Both the position numbers and the translations under genes were made by a program. 64,000 nucleotides of DNA from the NCBI GenBank assembly GCA_038087875.1, contig CM075987.1, positions 23,562,001 to 23,626,000 of the forward strand. Reading direction: 5' to 3'. The stretch is from Malacoraja senta. Its lineage: Eukaryota. Below are positions 63,686 to 64,000 of this stretch, piece after piece. The notes beneath the pieces are model-generated. The model saw only the letters and a list, made by a program, of their open reading frames with translations, was not told the origin of the DNA and did no database searches. Position 1 is the stretch's first letter. Each line of letters begins with the position of its first letter.

Positions 63686-64000
63686 ACCAAAGATCCTATA
63701 GCGGATAGACCACTCCTTCTAAATGCAATGGGCTGACGTGTAGTACGCAACGGAGCGGAACGTGGGCCTTTTTTTCATCCATTTCAGTAACCCGACCCGA
63801 CCCGACCCGCAGTGTAATCAACGTTGCGGGGGAACAGTTTGTGTTAATAAATTATGATTCTGAAAATGAGAAGATTTTTTACCGAAGAACTTTAATTTTT
63901 ACGAGGATGTTTCCGTAACCGGCTTCCGTCTCCGCACTAGTATCTTTGCTAGTATCTATGGGATCTTTGGTGTGGAGACGGAAGCCGGTTACGGAAATGG
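63686..64000. mobile_element. CpG-rich inverted-repeat element (MITE-like), cut by the window end
   Basis: accaaagatcctatag (63686) / ctatgggatctttggt (63971); 28-bp hairpin arms at 63910-63937 and 63970-63997. Confidence 0.45.

Overview
Repeat-dense vertebrate genomic DNA. The repeat complement (HE1/V-type tRNA SINEs, CR1/HER1-type LINEs, Penelope ends, Deu-domain SINE relics, Rex1, Tx1, RTE) points to a cartilaginous fish, probably a skate or ray; this is inferred from repeat families recalled from memory, not from a search. Most ORF-track entries are retroelement fragments or microsatellite artefacts. One host gene can be rebuilt by hand: eight minus-strand exons (60314 to 50184, 1247 nt, ~415 codons, 5' exons not found) encoding a spinster-like MFS transporter with C-terminal lysosomal sorting motifs. 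It has a 1-nt phase conflict at one junction and a 5' splice site triplicated by two successive retroinsertions at the same spot. The many fold-back repeats derive from Penelope-like element ends and carry a minimal hammerhead-ribozyme core with a covarying stem II. Two candidate first exons of an unidentified minus-strand gene lie near 14.6 kb and 28.6 kb. Repeat boundaries are approximate unless a TSD or splice site is quoted.
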